Assembly (NCBI GenBank): GCA_022821965.1
Contig: JAJECN010000037.1
Coordinates: 69,421 to 133,420 of the forward strand
From: Candidatus Poribacteria bacterium
GTDB taxonomy: Bacteria > Poribacteria > WGA-4E > WGA-3G
Length of the DNA: 64,000 nt
Direction of reading: 5' to 3'
Below the pieces are notes generated by a model that worked only from the letters and a program-made list of their open reading frames with translations, had not been told where the DNA came from and searched no databases. Below, piece after piece: positions 37,323 through 47,136 of this stretch. A program made the translations under genes and the position numbers. How positions within the stretch are numbered: position 1 is the first letter of the stretch; every line of letters begins with the position of its first letter.

Positions 37323-39566
37323 ATGATGTCACACTGTACCATTGATTTTGAATTTCAGCAATGTTGGCGAAAGGTGGGAATTTTAACACTATTGTGGGTG
37401 TGTATCCTATCCGTTCCTATCAGGGTCAATGCGCAGACAGAACGCGAACTACCGCGTATGTCAGCACACCGGACTTCTGAGGAAATCAAAGTGGATGGGG
37501 TGCTTGACGAACCCGTTTGGCAAAACGTCCAACCGATCCGTCAACTATACCAGATTCAACCCGACCAAGGCGACCCCGCCACAGAACAGTCCGAAGTACG
37601 CATTCTTTACGATGACAAAAAGTTGTACTTCGGATTCATTTTTTTCGATTCAGAGATGGACAAGATTGTCGCGAACGACATGCGGCGGGACTCCTCGGGG
37701 TTGCGTTCTAACGACTACGGTTTTCTGCTGCTGGACACTTACAATGACCGACGGAACGCCGTTTTCTTTCGATTCACCCCGGTCGGTGGGATGGAAGACA
37801 CGGCGGTCTCCAACAGCGGTGGGAGTCTCAATACAAGCTGGGATATTGTTTGGGAGTGCCGTTGTAGAATCAATGAAGACAATTGGACAGTGGAAATCGC
37901 AATTCCGTTCAGCCAGCTCCGTTTTGAAAAAAACGAGGTGATGAACTGGGGATTAAATTTCGGGCGGGAAATCGCGCGAAAACGAGAAATTGCGGCATGG
38001 AATGAGGCACCTAAGACCTACGGTGGACTGGCAAAGTATCGCACCGCCTACTTCGGCACGCTTGAAGGGTTAGAGGGCATTTCGCCGTCAAGACATCTGG
38101 AATTGCTCCCTTATGTCCTACCGGGAGCGAGTTACGAGTCGTCAACAGAGGAAACCGAAGGCGTATTTGATGCCGGTTTGGACCTCAAATACGGTGTAAC
38201 CCCGAACCTAACTGCCGATCTGACCTTTAACACCGATTTCGCTCAGGTAGAGGCAGACCAAGAACAGGTGAACCTTACGCGTTTCAGTCTCTTTTTCCCA
38301 GAGCAGCGTCCATTTTTCTTAGAAGGCGCGAGTATTTTTGATGTCGGAATTCCACGCCCGAGTTTCCGTAGACCACCACCCTTACTACTCTTTTATAGCC
38401 GTCGCATCGGGCTTGCAGGAGGACGAGCGATTCCCATTCTCGGTGGCGGCAAAATGACAGGAAAAATCGGACCCTACGGTATAGGGGTTCTGAACGTGTT
38501 GACAAACACATTTGAAGAAGAAGCGACAGGCATTCCAGAAGAGGATATATTTAGTGAACCTCGCACGAATTACTCAGTGGTGCGGGTGAATCGAGACCTG
38601 TTAAAGGGATCGACCTTCGGCGGAATTTTTATCAATAAGCAAGACGCTGATGCATATAACCGCACAGCAGGACTTGACTTTTCCTACCGCCCAACGCGAG
38701 AGATTAACATTCAAGGATTATGGTCACGTACCTTTGAAGCGGACATCTCTGGCAACAGCAACGCTTTCTTTATTGGTGGTGATTGGCGTACCAATCTGTT
38801 TCGACTCGATACCTCATACACAGACATCGGCGAGGATTTCAATCCGGAAGTCGGTTATATTCAACGTAGAGATGTGCGTCGTTTTCGCGGTGGTGGAAGT
38901 TATACACCCTGGCCCGACAAATTTGGCATTCGCGAGATTCAGATTGGCCCGGAAATCGATCTCGTGCTGACACAAGAGAACGAGTTGGAAACTCAGGAGA
39001 TAACCTTCGATACCCAATTTGAATTTGAAACCGGAGACGACATCGGGTTTGAAGTCAAGAATACAACCGAAAATTTGGACGTAGGGTTTAATCTTCAAGG
39101 GGAAGAAATTCCAGAAGGTGATTACAATTTTACTTCGTTTCAGGTATCAGGTCGGACCAGCAGCAGTCGGATGATTTCTGGACAATTGCAAGTGGAATTC
39201 GGCGAGTTTTATAGCGGGACAAGACGAGGCTTTTCAATAGACGCAACCGCTAGACCTAATGCCAAACTTAGTATAGAACCGTTCATCGAATTTAACCGCA
39301 TCATACTACCCGGTGAAGAATTCGATGCCAACGCTTTCGGCGGACGTGTCAGTTATTCCTTCTCGACAATACTTTTCACGAAGTTGTTCACACAATGGAG
39401 TACCGATAGAGATGTGCTTTCCGCCAACTTTTTGGTGAACTACATCTATCGTCCCGGCAGCGACTTTTACCTTGTCTTCGATCAGAGTTACGATACTCAT
39501 GAGGGTGGTGTCAAACTTCTCGGTTGGACGGTTGTCGGGAAACTTACGTACTGGTGGAACCCTTAA
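37323..39566 (+). CDS. DUF5916-like outer-membrane protein with N-terminal CBM9-like (DOMON-like) domain
   Basis: AGGAGG RBS. Signal peptide. …VDGVLDEPVWQNVQPI…YDDKKLYFGF… is the CBM9-like signature. Long beta-rich remainder ending in an aromatic-rich C-terminus. Confidence 0.45.
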   Translation: MMSHCTIDFEFQQCWRKVGILTLLWVCILSVPIRVNAQTERELPRMSAHRTSEEIKVDGVLDEPVWQNVQPIRQLYQIQPDQGDPATEQSEVRILYDDKKLYFGFIFFDSEMDKIVANDMRRDSSGLRSNDYGFLLLDTYNDRRNAVFFRFTPVGGMEDTAVSNSGGSLNTSWDIVWECRCRINEDNWTVEIAIPFSQLRFEKNEVMNWGLNFGREIARKREIAAWNEAPKTYGGLAKYRTAYFGTLEGLEGISPSRHLELLPYVLPGASYESSTEETEGVFDAGLDLKYGVTPNLTADLTFNTDFAQVEADQEQVNLTRFSLFFPEQRPFFLEGASIFDVGIPRPSFRRPPPLLLFYSRRIGLAGGRAIPILGGGKMTGKIGPYGIGVLNVLTNTFEEEATGIPEEDIFSEPRTNYSVVRVNRDLLKGSTFGGIFINKQDADAYNRTAGLDFSYRPTREINIQGLWSRTFEADISGNSNAFFIGGDWRTNLFRLDTSYTDIGEDFNPEVGYIQRRDVRRFRGGGSYTPWPDKFGIREIQIGPEIDLVLTQENELETQEITFDTQFEFETGDDIGFEVKNTTENLDVGFNLQGEEIPEGDYNFTSFQVSGRTSSSRMISGQLQVEFGEFYSGTRRGFSIDATARPNAKLSIEPFIEFNRIILPGEEFDANAFGGRVSYSFSTILFTKLFTQWSTDRDVLSANFLVNYIYRPGSDFYLVFDQSYDTHEGGVKLLGWTVVGKLTYWWNP

Positions 39567-39597
39567 CATTTTTTAAACTGAACATGGAGACCTTTTA

Positions 39598-40638
39598 ATG
39601 AAAAGAAAATTTAGAATAAAATCAAACAGATATTTGTTTTTTAATTGGGGATGGCTATTGGCTATCTCACTTACTTTCCATTTGATACATAACGCTACAG
39701 CTGAAAATTGGACACAAAAAGCAGACATACCAATTCCCAGGCTTTTTTTCTCCGTATCCACTGTTGACAACCAACTTTATACTATCGGTGGAATGCTCGC
39801 TGAACCCGTTGACTTTGTTGATGCTTATGACCCAGAGACTGACAAATGGATTCAGAAAACGAGTCTACCAGCGGCGCGTGCTGGTGTTGTAACTTGCGGT
39901 GTCGGTGGGAAAATTTATGCGATTGGTGGATGGAACGGACAATCCCCAGCACTCGGAACCGTTGAAGAATACGACCCGGCCACTGATACTTGGACAGAGA
40001 AAGCAGATATGCCCACACCCCGTTCCTTTTTTACTGCGACTGCTGTAGATGGTAAAATTTACGCGATTGGTGGTGTCGCGCAAAATGTTGGACCGGTGTT
40101 GTCTGCAGTTGAAGAATATGATCCAGCAACAGACACTTGGACCCAAAAGGCAGATATGCCCAAAGCCCGTTCAGGAATGGCCGCCACGAGCATTGATGGG
40201 AAAATATACCTCATTGGCGGGACACCTGCGGTGCAAGGTCCCGTACTCGAAACGGTTCAAGAATACGATCCGGCAACTAATACATGGACAGAGAAAGCAG
40301 ATATGCCCACACCCCGAACTGCTTTGGCATTGGGCACTGTGGATGGAAAAATTTACGCCGTTGGAGGGACATCTGTTGTGCAAGGCCCCGGGCTAACAAC
40401 CGTTGAAATATATGACCCCGGTAGTGACGCATGGACAGACAGTCCAGAGATGCCAACAGCACGAGTTTTCCTGGGTGTTGGCACAATCGTGAACAAAATC
40501 TATGCTGTCGGTGGTGTCGCAGAAGGCCTGGGACCCGCGATTCTGCCAACCGTTGAGCAATTCGCTCCGAGTGGTCTGAGCGTAGCAGCCTTGGATAAAT
40601 TTCTCACAGCCTGGGGAAAAATTAAGAAAGCGGATTAG
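39598..40638 (+). CDS. secreted Kelch-repeat beta-propeller protein (6 repeats)
   Basis: Six units …G[G/K]IYA[I/V]GG…E[E/I]YDP.TD.WT.KADMPTPR… Signal peptide. Confidence 0.8.
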   Translation: MKRKFRIKSNRYLFFNWGWLLAISLTFHLIHNATAENWTQKADIPIPRLFFSVSTVDNQLYTIGGMLAEPVDFVDAYDPETDKWIQKTSLPAARAGVVTCGVGGKIYAIGGWNGQSPALGTVEEYDPATDTWTEKADMPTPRSFFTATAVDGKIYAIGGVAQNVGPVLSAVEEYDPATDTWTQKADMPKARSGMAATSIDGKIYLIGGTPAVQGPVLETVQEYDPATNTWTEKADMPTPRTALALGTVDGKIYAVGGTSVVQGPGLTTVEIYDPGSDAWTDSPEMPTARVFLGVGTIVNKIYAVGGVAEGLGPAILPTVEQFAPSGLSVAALDKFLTAWGKIKKAD

Positions 40639-40677
40639 CATTTATTGGGCGCGGTTTTTCAACTGTGCCCTCAAAAC

Positions 40678-42846
40678 TCATCGCACCCACGGTCTCGCTT
40701 GCTTGATTGAGAGTTTCCCGTCGCTCGTAATTTTGAATTCAATCTCCATGGCGAAATCCTTTGTCCGCCCAACGGGCCCATAGAGCTGACTGAACTTGTT
40801 GTGTATCATACCAAGATAACCACTCAGTTCGCGTAGGTAAGCATCCGTCAAAATCCGTTCGCTATCCGTCGTCCGATTGGAAGTCGTCACTACCCGATAG
40901 TTATTGCTATCCCACCAATCCAATAAGATCTCTTCTGGAATAGACTGCTCTTCAGGATTCGTCACGAGGTCCTCACCGGCCTGCGTGTTGAGATAATAAT
41001 TGCCTATCGTTTGATAGACAACATCGTCGGTTACAGCGACACCGTTCGCTAATTCGTTTGCAAAATTGGGATGGACAAGCACTCCCATAGCAGTCGCAAA
41101 ATGGTCAATGCGATAGAAATCACGTGCCTCAAACGCTCGGAAATTCCAGAGGCTTGCAAACACTTGTTTAATCGACTTCGATAGATGTCCCTCGTCTGGA
41201 TGATGTGTGTAGGAGTCGTATAACCCTGCCCCACTGAAACCGGGTAGGTCCTCGTTATTCGTACTGGAACGGCACCGGAGAGATGTACCTTCTGGAAACG
41301 CGCTTTGCAATTCTAAAAGCGCGTCCATCATCCATGCTGGCATTTTCCCCTTCTTAATCTCCGACCGAAATTTTTTCAGTTCCGCTATTTTTGTGTCCTG
41401 TTCACTCTGAAACGCCGGATCCTTCAGCAAATTTTCAAGTTTCTCATAGAAGCCGTTATGCTTCATGAATTCTTCATAGAAATAGAAAGGAACACCAAAT
41501 CCGTTTGGCACAGTCCCTTCAGGAAATCCGAATGTGCGGAGGGTCGCCATATTAGCCGTTTTCACACCGAATCGCGCCGTGTCCGTGAACTTGATGTCGT
41601 CAAGCAATAAAATTTTCGTGACAGAAAGATCCCGTTCAGGTTTCTGCACTTTCGGGGGACGTAAATCAGCGAAGTGAGTTTCTACCTCTTTAAGTGTCGC
41701 CTCCCTAATTTCAAAGCCGTCTGCGTTCACCTTATAGTAGACGTACTTGCCAATGAGTGGTGCGATCCTTTCATTTTTCCACGCCTCAGCGATGAAAGCA
41801 TTAGGAACCTTGTCTTGGATAGCACGAAGATTGACATGCGAAAGCGGTGTTTGCTGAACACCCGTGATAACCCCGGCAACCCGCGGCATCTCGTTCGGTA
41901 ACGTTTTGCAGATGACGATGTCCCGAACTGTAGGACGTTCATCCGGTTCTAATACACGTAGACGACCAAACGACGCTGCTTGATTCAGCGGTAGGTAACC
42001 GATGTTGGCGTAAAGGTCATCTTCAAAATAGACTGGGAATTCCGCTGCGTCATACAATGCTTTTTCGCGATTATAAATACCGATGGCTCCCCACAATGGA
42101 CAATAGCCAAGCCGATTTTTTAGTACCGGCATTTTAGCGACGAGTAGATCGTGAGCAAGCTTAATTTCTTCAAAAGGGAAGGCATCATTTGGGTTAAACT
42201 CAAAGGTATAAACACCCGGTTCACCATTCGGAGAAGTGAAAAGTGGACGATAACTCAACACGCCGCGCATTTGCCCCTGACCCCGTCCTAAACCCGCAGC
42301 ACCCATGAAACTTCCATGAGACCGATGTGTCTTCGTATTCATAAAATAAAGTTGTGGATTTTGTGTATGGGTCCTCTCAATCTGAAACTTTACAAATTCA
42401 ATTCCGGTTAGTTGCGTATCAATACGGACATCTGTCCCTTGATACGACAGCTTTTTGAACGTCTCGCGATCAGGAATCGTGGCTGCACCATCTTTAAATG
42501 CGACCTGCTCTGGGTCGAGACGTGGGCCCGAGGGTTCTCGAGAGCCGCGTCCTCTGCCAAATCCGCCTCTTCGGCGAGATCTACCTCTCTGACCATCTTG
42601 TTGCAGCATTTCACGGATCTCTTGCGTACTGAACTTACTTCCCCGCGTCGCTTCAAGTCTCATCACCCTAAACATGAGCTGCTGTTCAGCTTCACTGAGC
42701 GCGTCATTCCGGTCGAGGTCGAACCGTTTTTCGTCTATGGACAGCTTACTCTGTGTCCAAGTATTTAGTACAACTATAGTTGAAAGCATTAGCGTGCAAG
42801 CGAAAAGTGCTATGATAAAGTATTTCTTTTTCATGGATTTCCCCAC
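40678..42846 (-). CDS. PEP-utilising-enzyme-like phosphotransferase with permuted domain order (His swivel domain then PPDK_N ATP-grasp), N-terminal signal/anchor and RG-rich linker
   Basis: Swivel-domain motif …RDIVICKTLPNEMPRVAGVITGVQQTPLSHVNLRA… (catalytic His) near aa 300-345. PPDK_N motifs FGVKTANMATL…VPNGFGVPFYFYEEF and LRCRSSTNNEDLPGFSGAGLYDSY near aa 400-560. RGRSRRRGGFGRGRGS low-complexity segment. Confidence 0.55.
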   Translation of the reverse strand: MGKSMKKKYFIIALFACTLMLSTIVVLNTWTQSKLSIDEKRFDLDRNDALSEAEQQLMFRVMRLEATRGSKFSTQEIREMLQQDGQRGRSRRRGGFGRGRGSREPSGPRLDPEQVAFKDGAATIPDRETFKKLSYQGTDVRIDTQLTGIEFVKFQIERTHTQNPQLYFMNTKTHRSHGSFMGAAGLGRGQGQMRGVLSYRPLFTSPNGEPGVYTFEFNPNDAFPFEEIKLAHDLLVAKMPVLKNRLGYCPLWGAIGIYNREKALYDAAEFPVYFEDDLYANIGYLPLNQAASFGRLRVLEPDERPTVRDIVICKTLPNEMPRVAGVITGVQQTPLSHVNLRAIQDKVPNAFIAEAWKNERIAPLIGKYVYYKVNADGFEIREATLKEVETHFADLRPPKVQKPERDLSVTKILLLDDIKFTDTARFGVKTANMATLRTFGFPEGTVPNGFGVPFYFYEEFMKHNGFYEKLENLLKDPAFQSEQDTKIAELKKFRSEIKKGKMPAWMMDALLELQSAFPEGTSLRCRSSTNNEDLPGFSGAGLYDSYTHHPDEGHLSKSIKQVFASLWNFRAFEARDFYRIDHFATAMGVLVHPNFANELANGVAVTDDVVYQTIGNYYLNTQAGEDLVTNPEEQSIPEEILLDWWDSNNYRVVTTSNRTTDSERILTDAYLRELSGYLGMIHNKFSQLYGPVGRTKDFAMEIEFKITSDGKLSIKQARPWVR

Positions 42847-43197
42847 TAACGGTTAGAAATTTTTGGTACATCTTCCTCTGTTAGATTAGGCAAATAAGGG
42901 CTGGATTTGTTCAAAAAAAAAAATAGCAACCCTTTCGCTACACAGGTTTTCTTCTACAAGGATGGTTTCATAAAGTTTCAAAATTTATTTAAGGCGAGGA
43001 CGATACATAAGAATCAGGTTCTTGTAGATTGGATTGAATGGGGAAAGACAAGACGTCCCAGTATCAAAAAACGGTATTTTTGGTAGACTGTCATGTGAAC
43101 CCAACACTTCACCAACCGAGGCGCGATGAAACGTTGGGTTTCACGACATACGGAAGTCGAACTCACGTGTAATAACGAAGTTAACACCCTTAGCGGA

Positions 43198-43965
43198 TTA
43201 CCATTCCATTTTCAATTTCGCCCAAACCTTAGTCAGTTTCGTTTGAGGAGAAACTGCTGCAAAACCGAGTGCGATAGATAATCCACTGTCTGCAATCGCT
43301 TTCACATCAGCTTCCGAGAGTGCGACATTGAAAAATGCGATTTCATCAATGAGACCTGTGTACGCCTCTTGCTTGTCATCTCTTGAGCCGATATACTTAG
43401 GTCCCGTTTTAAATGGACCTGCGGCGGCATTAGATGCTTCTAACTCACCATCGACATAGACATTCACTTTTTTACCGTCATAAGTCCCCGCAATGTGATG
43501 CCATTTATCATCGTTCAACAAGGTTTTAGACCACGTATTATGCGGAATCGGTTGTGCACACTGGCCAGCGAAGTTTAATTTGTGGTCCCTTAATGTCAAG
43601 ATAACGTCACCGCAGGGACCTACAATGATGTCAGACCATGCAGGGGCTGCAGGTGTTTTAATCAAAGCCACAATTGACACTTTATCCTCATAGTCAGCAA
43701 AATCACCAACAGCAACATGACCTCCACCCTCAAATTTTAGGGCTTCGCCGAACTTGCCAGTGTCCCATTTGGCATCAACAATTTCACCATCATTGCCATT
43801 TTCTGAAGAATCTTTTGCCGTACCGCCTTTACCTTCATCAAAGAACCATATTCCCAAAACTGCTTCCGGATCGAGTTTGGCAAAACTTAGATCTGTGCTC
43901 AGGAGACTGAGACAGATCAATGTCCCATATACCCAAATTGCTTTTGTTGACTGGATTACTCTCAT
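43198..43965 (-). CDS. secreted LamG/concanavalin-like protein, paralog 3
   Basis: Signal peptide. …GIWFFDEGKGGTAKDSSENGNDGEI…, …HIAGTYDGKKVNVYVDGE…, …IDEIAFFNVALSEADV…SPQTKLTKVWAKLK tail. Confidence 0.6.
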   Translation of the reverse strand: MRVIQSTKAIWVYGTLICLSLLSTDLSFAKLDPEAVLGIWFFDEGKGGTAKDSSENGNDGEIVDAKWDTGKFGEALKFEGGGHVAVGDFADYEDKVSIVALIKTPAAPAWSDIIVGPCGDVILTLRDHKLNFAGQCAQPIPHNTWSKTLLNDDKWHHIAGTYDGKKVNVYVDGELEASNAAAGPFKTGPKYIGSRDDKQEAYTGLIDEIAFFNVALSEADVKAIADSGLSIALGFAAVSPQTKLTKVWAKLKMEW

Positions 43966-43997
43966 TTTTTACCTCCAGTTGAAAAGTTAGATCGGAC

Positions 43998-46049
43998 TTA
44001 TGTTTCAGATTCAATAACGAGATAGCTAACGCTTTTGGCTTCCATCTTAATGGGAATTTCAACATTGTAATCCCGGTCGATTTTGTACTGTTTAGGTTCC
44101 TCTTCTCCTTCACGAACCTTGGCAATTTCAGACAAGCCAGTATAATAGAGTGGCAACTTCAAAGTCATCTGTTGCCCCGTCCGCGTAGGGTTATAGAGCA
44201 TCGCGAGTCCACACGGACTGATTTGCGCGTTGGCATGGAGCACACAATCAATAGAACGACCATCTGGGCGGCGCACATGAATCAGATCAGACTCCAATAT
44301 GTCACGATACTTTTTGTAGAAGTCAACCCATTTCTTAACAACCGCTTTCGTCTGTTCAGTATCAAAAAGCCGGGGACCGCGATAGCACGCAATTACACCA
44401 CTGCCGAAGTTTTGCGCTAAATGTGCTTCGTAGTCATCAAGGTGCTCACAAAGCGGTTCAAACGTTGCGGCTGCCCCGCCACCATGGTATTCCACCAACG
44501 GGACGAACATCCAACCCATACTCGGTGTCTTTTCATAAGTTCCATCGTAGATATTCTGCCGAGCGATTAGAATTTGTCGCTCGCGGGGCAAACTGAAATT
44601 CGTTTCACGATAGCCCATACCGCATTTGTTTGAACCGTTGAGGTAATACCGATCCGGCGAATTGATATAGATACCGCGTGCTCGGCATGCGTGGTAAAAA
44701 TGAACGCACGCTTCCCATTGGCGCAATTGGGAATCCGCCAAACCATTATGGTGCTCGTGCATCGTTGAGGCACAGACATCGCCATGATAAGGACCATCAG
44801 TCTCAATGATATCCATTCCGGTGGCATCCATGAAATTCAGCACTCGCTGGAAATAACCATCCGCCCAACTGCTCGCCAGACAAGCACTCTGTCCAAACCG
44901 ACTCCCGGGTTGTCCAGTGTTTGGGTCAATACAGTTGAAGTCTTCACCCACACCCCGTGAAGCACACATCAACGTATAGCCACCGATTTGAATACCTTTA
45001 CGATGTGCATAATCAGTCAATTCCTTCATTGTAGCAATGTATTCCGAGTCTTCGCTCTCAATATTGAAGCCGCTCCCAAAGGTCATAATTACCATTTCAA
45101 ATCCGACTTCGGCGCACTGATCGATCGCCAAACGGACAGCGTCGGGTTCGGCACTCCGAACGTGCATTAGAATCGGATTCTCAGTGACCTGTGGCGCGAC
45201 CGTGCGATACATTTTGCGACGCGCAAGTCCTTTTCGTTCAAGCGTATCACTGTCATGCAGAATTTCAAAGGTGCGAAAACTCCTGAAAGTCTCTCCCGGT
45301 TGAAGAGATATTCCCGGACCGAGTGGATAGAGACTTGTCATCAACAGTGGCATCTGATAGCGATAATCGACTTGCGTCTTGTAATCCGCATCTGGACCCC
45401 ACTGTGTCGTTTCCATTCCACTAAAAGCATAATCGCTTTCGACCTGTAGCCGATGCTTTTCCTGCTCGTTGACCGCAAGGATTTCACAGCTTAAGGCATC
45501 CAATTGAATAGGTTTTTGACCCTCATTACGAACAGTGATCCACTTGGACAGGACCGGAATGCCCTGGTAGAGTTCATAATGCACATAAACCTGAAGGGAA
45601 TCAACGGATGGTGGTGGTGAGAACTCAGCCGTCAGTATCACACCCTCTGGTGGATATGCTGATGGTGTCGAAGAACGTCTGCGGACCCACGGATAGCGGA
45701 TTTCAGTGTCACCGACTCGATATCCGCGAAATTGAAATGCGTTCTCATCGCTGGTCAAGTCCGCAACCCAATCCAAATCAAGATAGGCGTAGTCAGGCTG
45801 TCCTTTCAAGCCACCCACCTCAAATGGGTGTCCGTCAATCGTAAGCATCGCCTCTGGTTTGATGCCACGAAGAAAACTGCTCTCGGTAATTTGATTGGTA
45901 TAATCAACTGTTGCGAAATTAGGTGAGATAACGAATGTTCGTTGAATGAGTCCGTTACTGAGAATCAACTGGTTATCCCTTTCTTCCACTGAAGCAGGTT
46001 GACGAAAGGGATGAACCAACCAATCATTTTGTTGTGATGTGTACTGCAT
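43998..46049 (-). CDS. glycoside hydrolase, TIM-barrel (alpha-galactosidase GH36/GH27-clan-like; family unassigned)
   Basis: N-terminal beta-sandwich with …VHYELYQGIPVLSKWITVRNEGQKPIQLDALS… (GH36-N-like). Central barrel …GMDIIETDGPYHGDVC…, …GIYINSPDRYYLNG…. Confidence 0.4.
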   Translation of the reverse strand: MQYTSQQNDWLVHPFRQPASVEERDNQLILSNGLIQRTFVISPNFATVDYTNQITESSFLRGIKPEAMLTIDGHPFEVGGLKGQPDYAYLDLDWVADLTSDENAFQFRGYRVGDTEIRYPWVRRRSSTPSAYPPEGVILTAEFSPPPSVDSLQVYVHYELYQGIPVLSKWITVRNEGQKPIQLDALSCEILAVNEQEKHRLQVESDYAFSGMETTQWGPDADYKTQVDYRYQMPLLMTSLYPLGPGISLQPGETFRSFRTFEILHDSDTLERKGLARRKMYRTVAPQVTENPILMHVRSAEPDAVRLAIDQCAEVGFEMVIMTFGSGFNIESEDSEYIATMKELTDYAHRKGIQIGGYTLMCASRGVGEDFNCIDPNTGQPGSRFGQSACLASSWADGYFQRVLNFMDATGMDIIETDGPYHGDVCASTMHEHHNGLADSQLRQWEACVHFYHACRARGIYINSPDRYYLNGSNKCGMGYRETNFSLPRERQILIARQNIYDGTYEKTPSMGWMFVPLVEYHGGGAAATFEPLCEHLDDYEAHLAQNFGSGVIACYRGPRLFDTEQTKAVVKKWVDFYKKYRDILESDLIHVRRPDGRSIDCVLHANAQISPCGLAMLYNPTRTGQQMTLKLPLYYTGLSEIAKVREGEEEPKQYKIDRDYNVEIPIKMEAKSVSYLVIESET

Positions 46050-46351
46050 GTCACGTCTCTATTTCATTGGCATCCAAAGTTTGGATAACTGGAATTTATG
46101 CTAAGAAAAAAAATGGGCGATACTCGCTATTTTGCGTTTTTCATGATTTCAGTATAACGCTTGAAAAGAAACAATACAAGAACAATTCCGCTAATTTGCT
46201 ATGAGAACAATGATAATCTGTTCCGCCTCTGGCATTCGTTCGCACTAAGGACTGAGATTTTAAATTGCACATTGGATATATCCATGATAAAATATCAACA
46301 ACACTTAGGATTTCAAGAAGAGAATATATCTAACAGGGGATAAATTTTACC

Positions 46352-47134
46352 ATGAAAAATGTTATATGGATAACCTGTTCCGTAGTGCTTATTACTTTCT
46401 TTATGGCTGGAGACAGGGTACTTGGTTTTGCACAAGACGAACATACCGTCGTTCTGTACACATTTGAAACAGGCACTGGGAAAACCGTCAAAGACCTCTC
46501 TGGTAACGGAAACGATGGTGAACTTATGGGACCAAAGTGGGGTGAAGGCAACCCGGGTGGTGGACTCGTCTTTGGTGGAAACGCTCCGAGAGATTTTGTA
46601 GAAATCCCTGATAGCAAGAGTTTAGATTTGGTTGAAGGACTTACAGTGGAAATGTGGCTCTATCTTGAGGCATGGTCAACTGCTGGTGGCACAGGTGCTA
46701 CTAAAGAGACAACCTACAAAGTGGGACCTCGGAGCGATAAGAAAGTCTTAATCCGGATGACTACGGATAAGCATGCCTGGGGTGCTGCAGTCGTTGCCGG
46801 TAAAACGGACATGCCGTTGAAAAAGTGGACGCACATTGCTGGCACTTACGACGGAAAGTCAGGTGAAGGTAAGATTTACATTAATGGCGTTTTAGATGCC
46901 GAAGGTAAAATCGGCGGTAATATCACTCCAAACGACGATGTCTTGTGGCTCGGACGCGGTGCCGGTCCATTTTTGCAAGGACGCATGGACGAGGTCCGAA
47001 TCTCCAACATCGCACGCTCTGAACAGGAAATTCAAGAATTGATGAACAAGGGCATTGAAGGTGTGTTGGCGGTAAAACCACAGGATAAGTTAGCAACAAC
47101 ATGGGGAAAACTGAAGTCAAATCTTCGACAATAG
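46352..47134 (+). CDS. secreted LamG/concanavalin-like protein, paralog 4
   Basis: Signal peptide. …VLYTFETGTGKTVKDLSGNGNDGELMG…, …HIAGTYDGKSGEGKIYINGV…, …MDEVRISNIARSEQEIQ…KPQDKLATTWGKLK tail. Confidence 0.6.
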   Translation: MKNVIWITCSVVLITFFMAGDRVLGFAQDEHTVVLYTFETGTGKTVKDLSGNGNDGELMGPKWGEGNPGGGLVFGGNAPRDFVEIPDSKSLDLVEGLTVEMWLYLEAWSTAGGTGATKETTYKVGPRSDKKVLIRMTTDKHAWGAAVVAGKTDMPLKKWTHIAGTYDGKSGEGKIYINGVLDAEGKIGGNITPNDDVLWLGRGAGPFLQGRMDEVRISNIARSEQEIQELMNKGIEGVLAVKPQDKLATTWGKLKSNLRQ

Positions 47135-47136
47135 CG

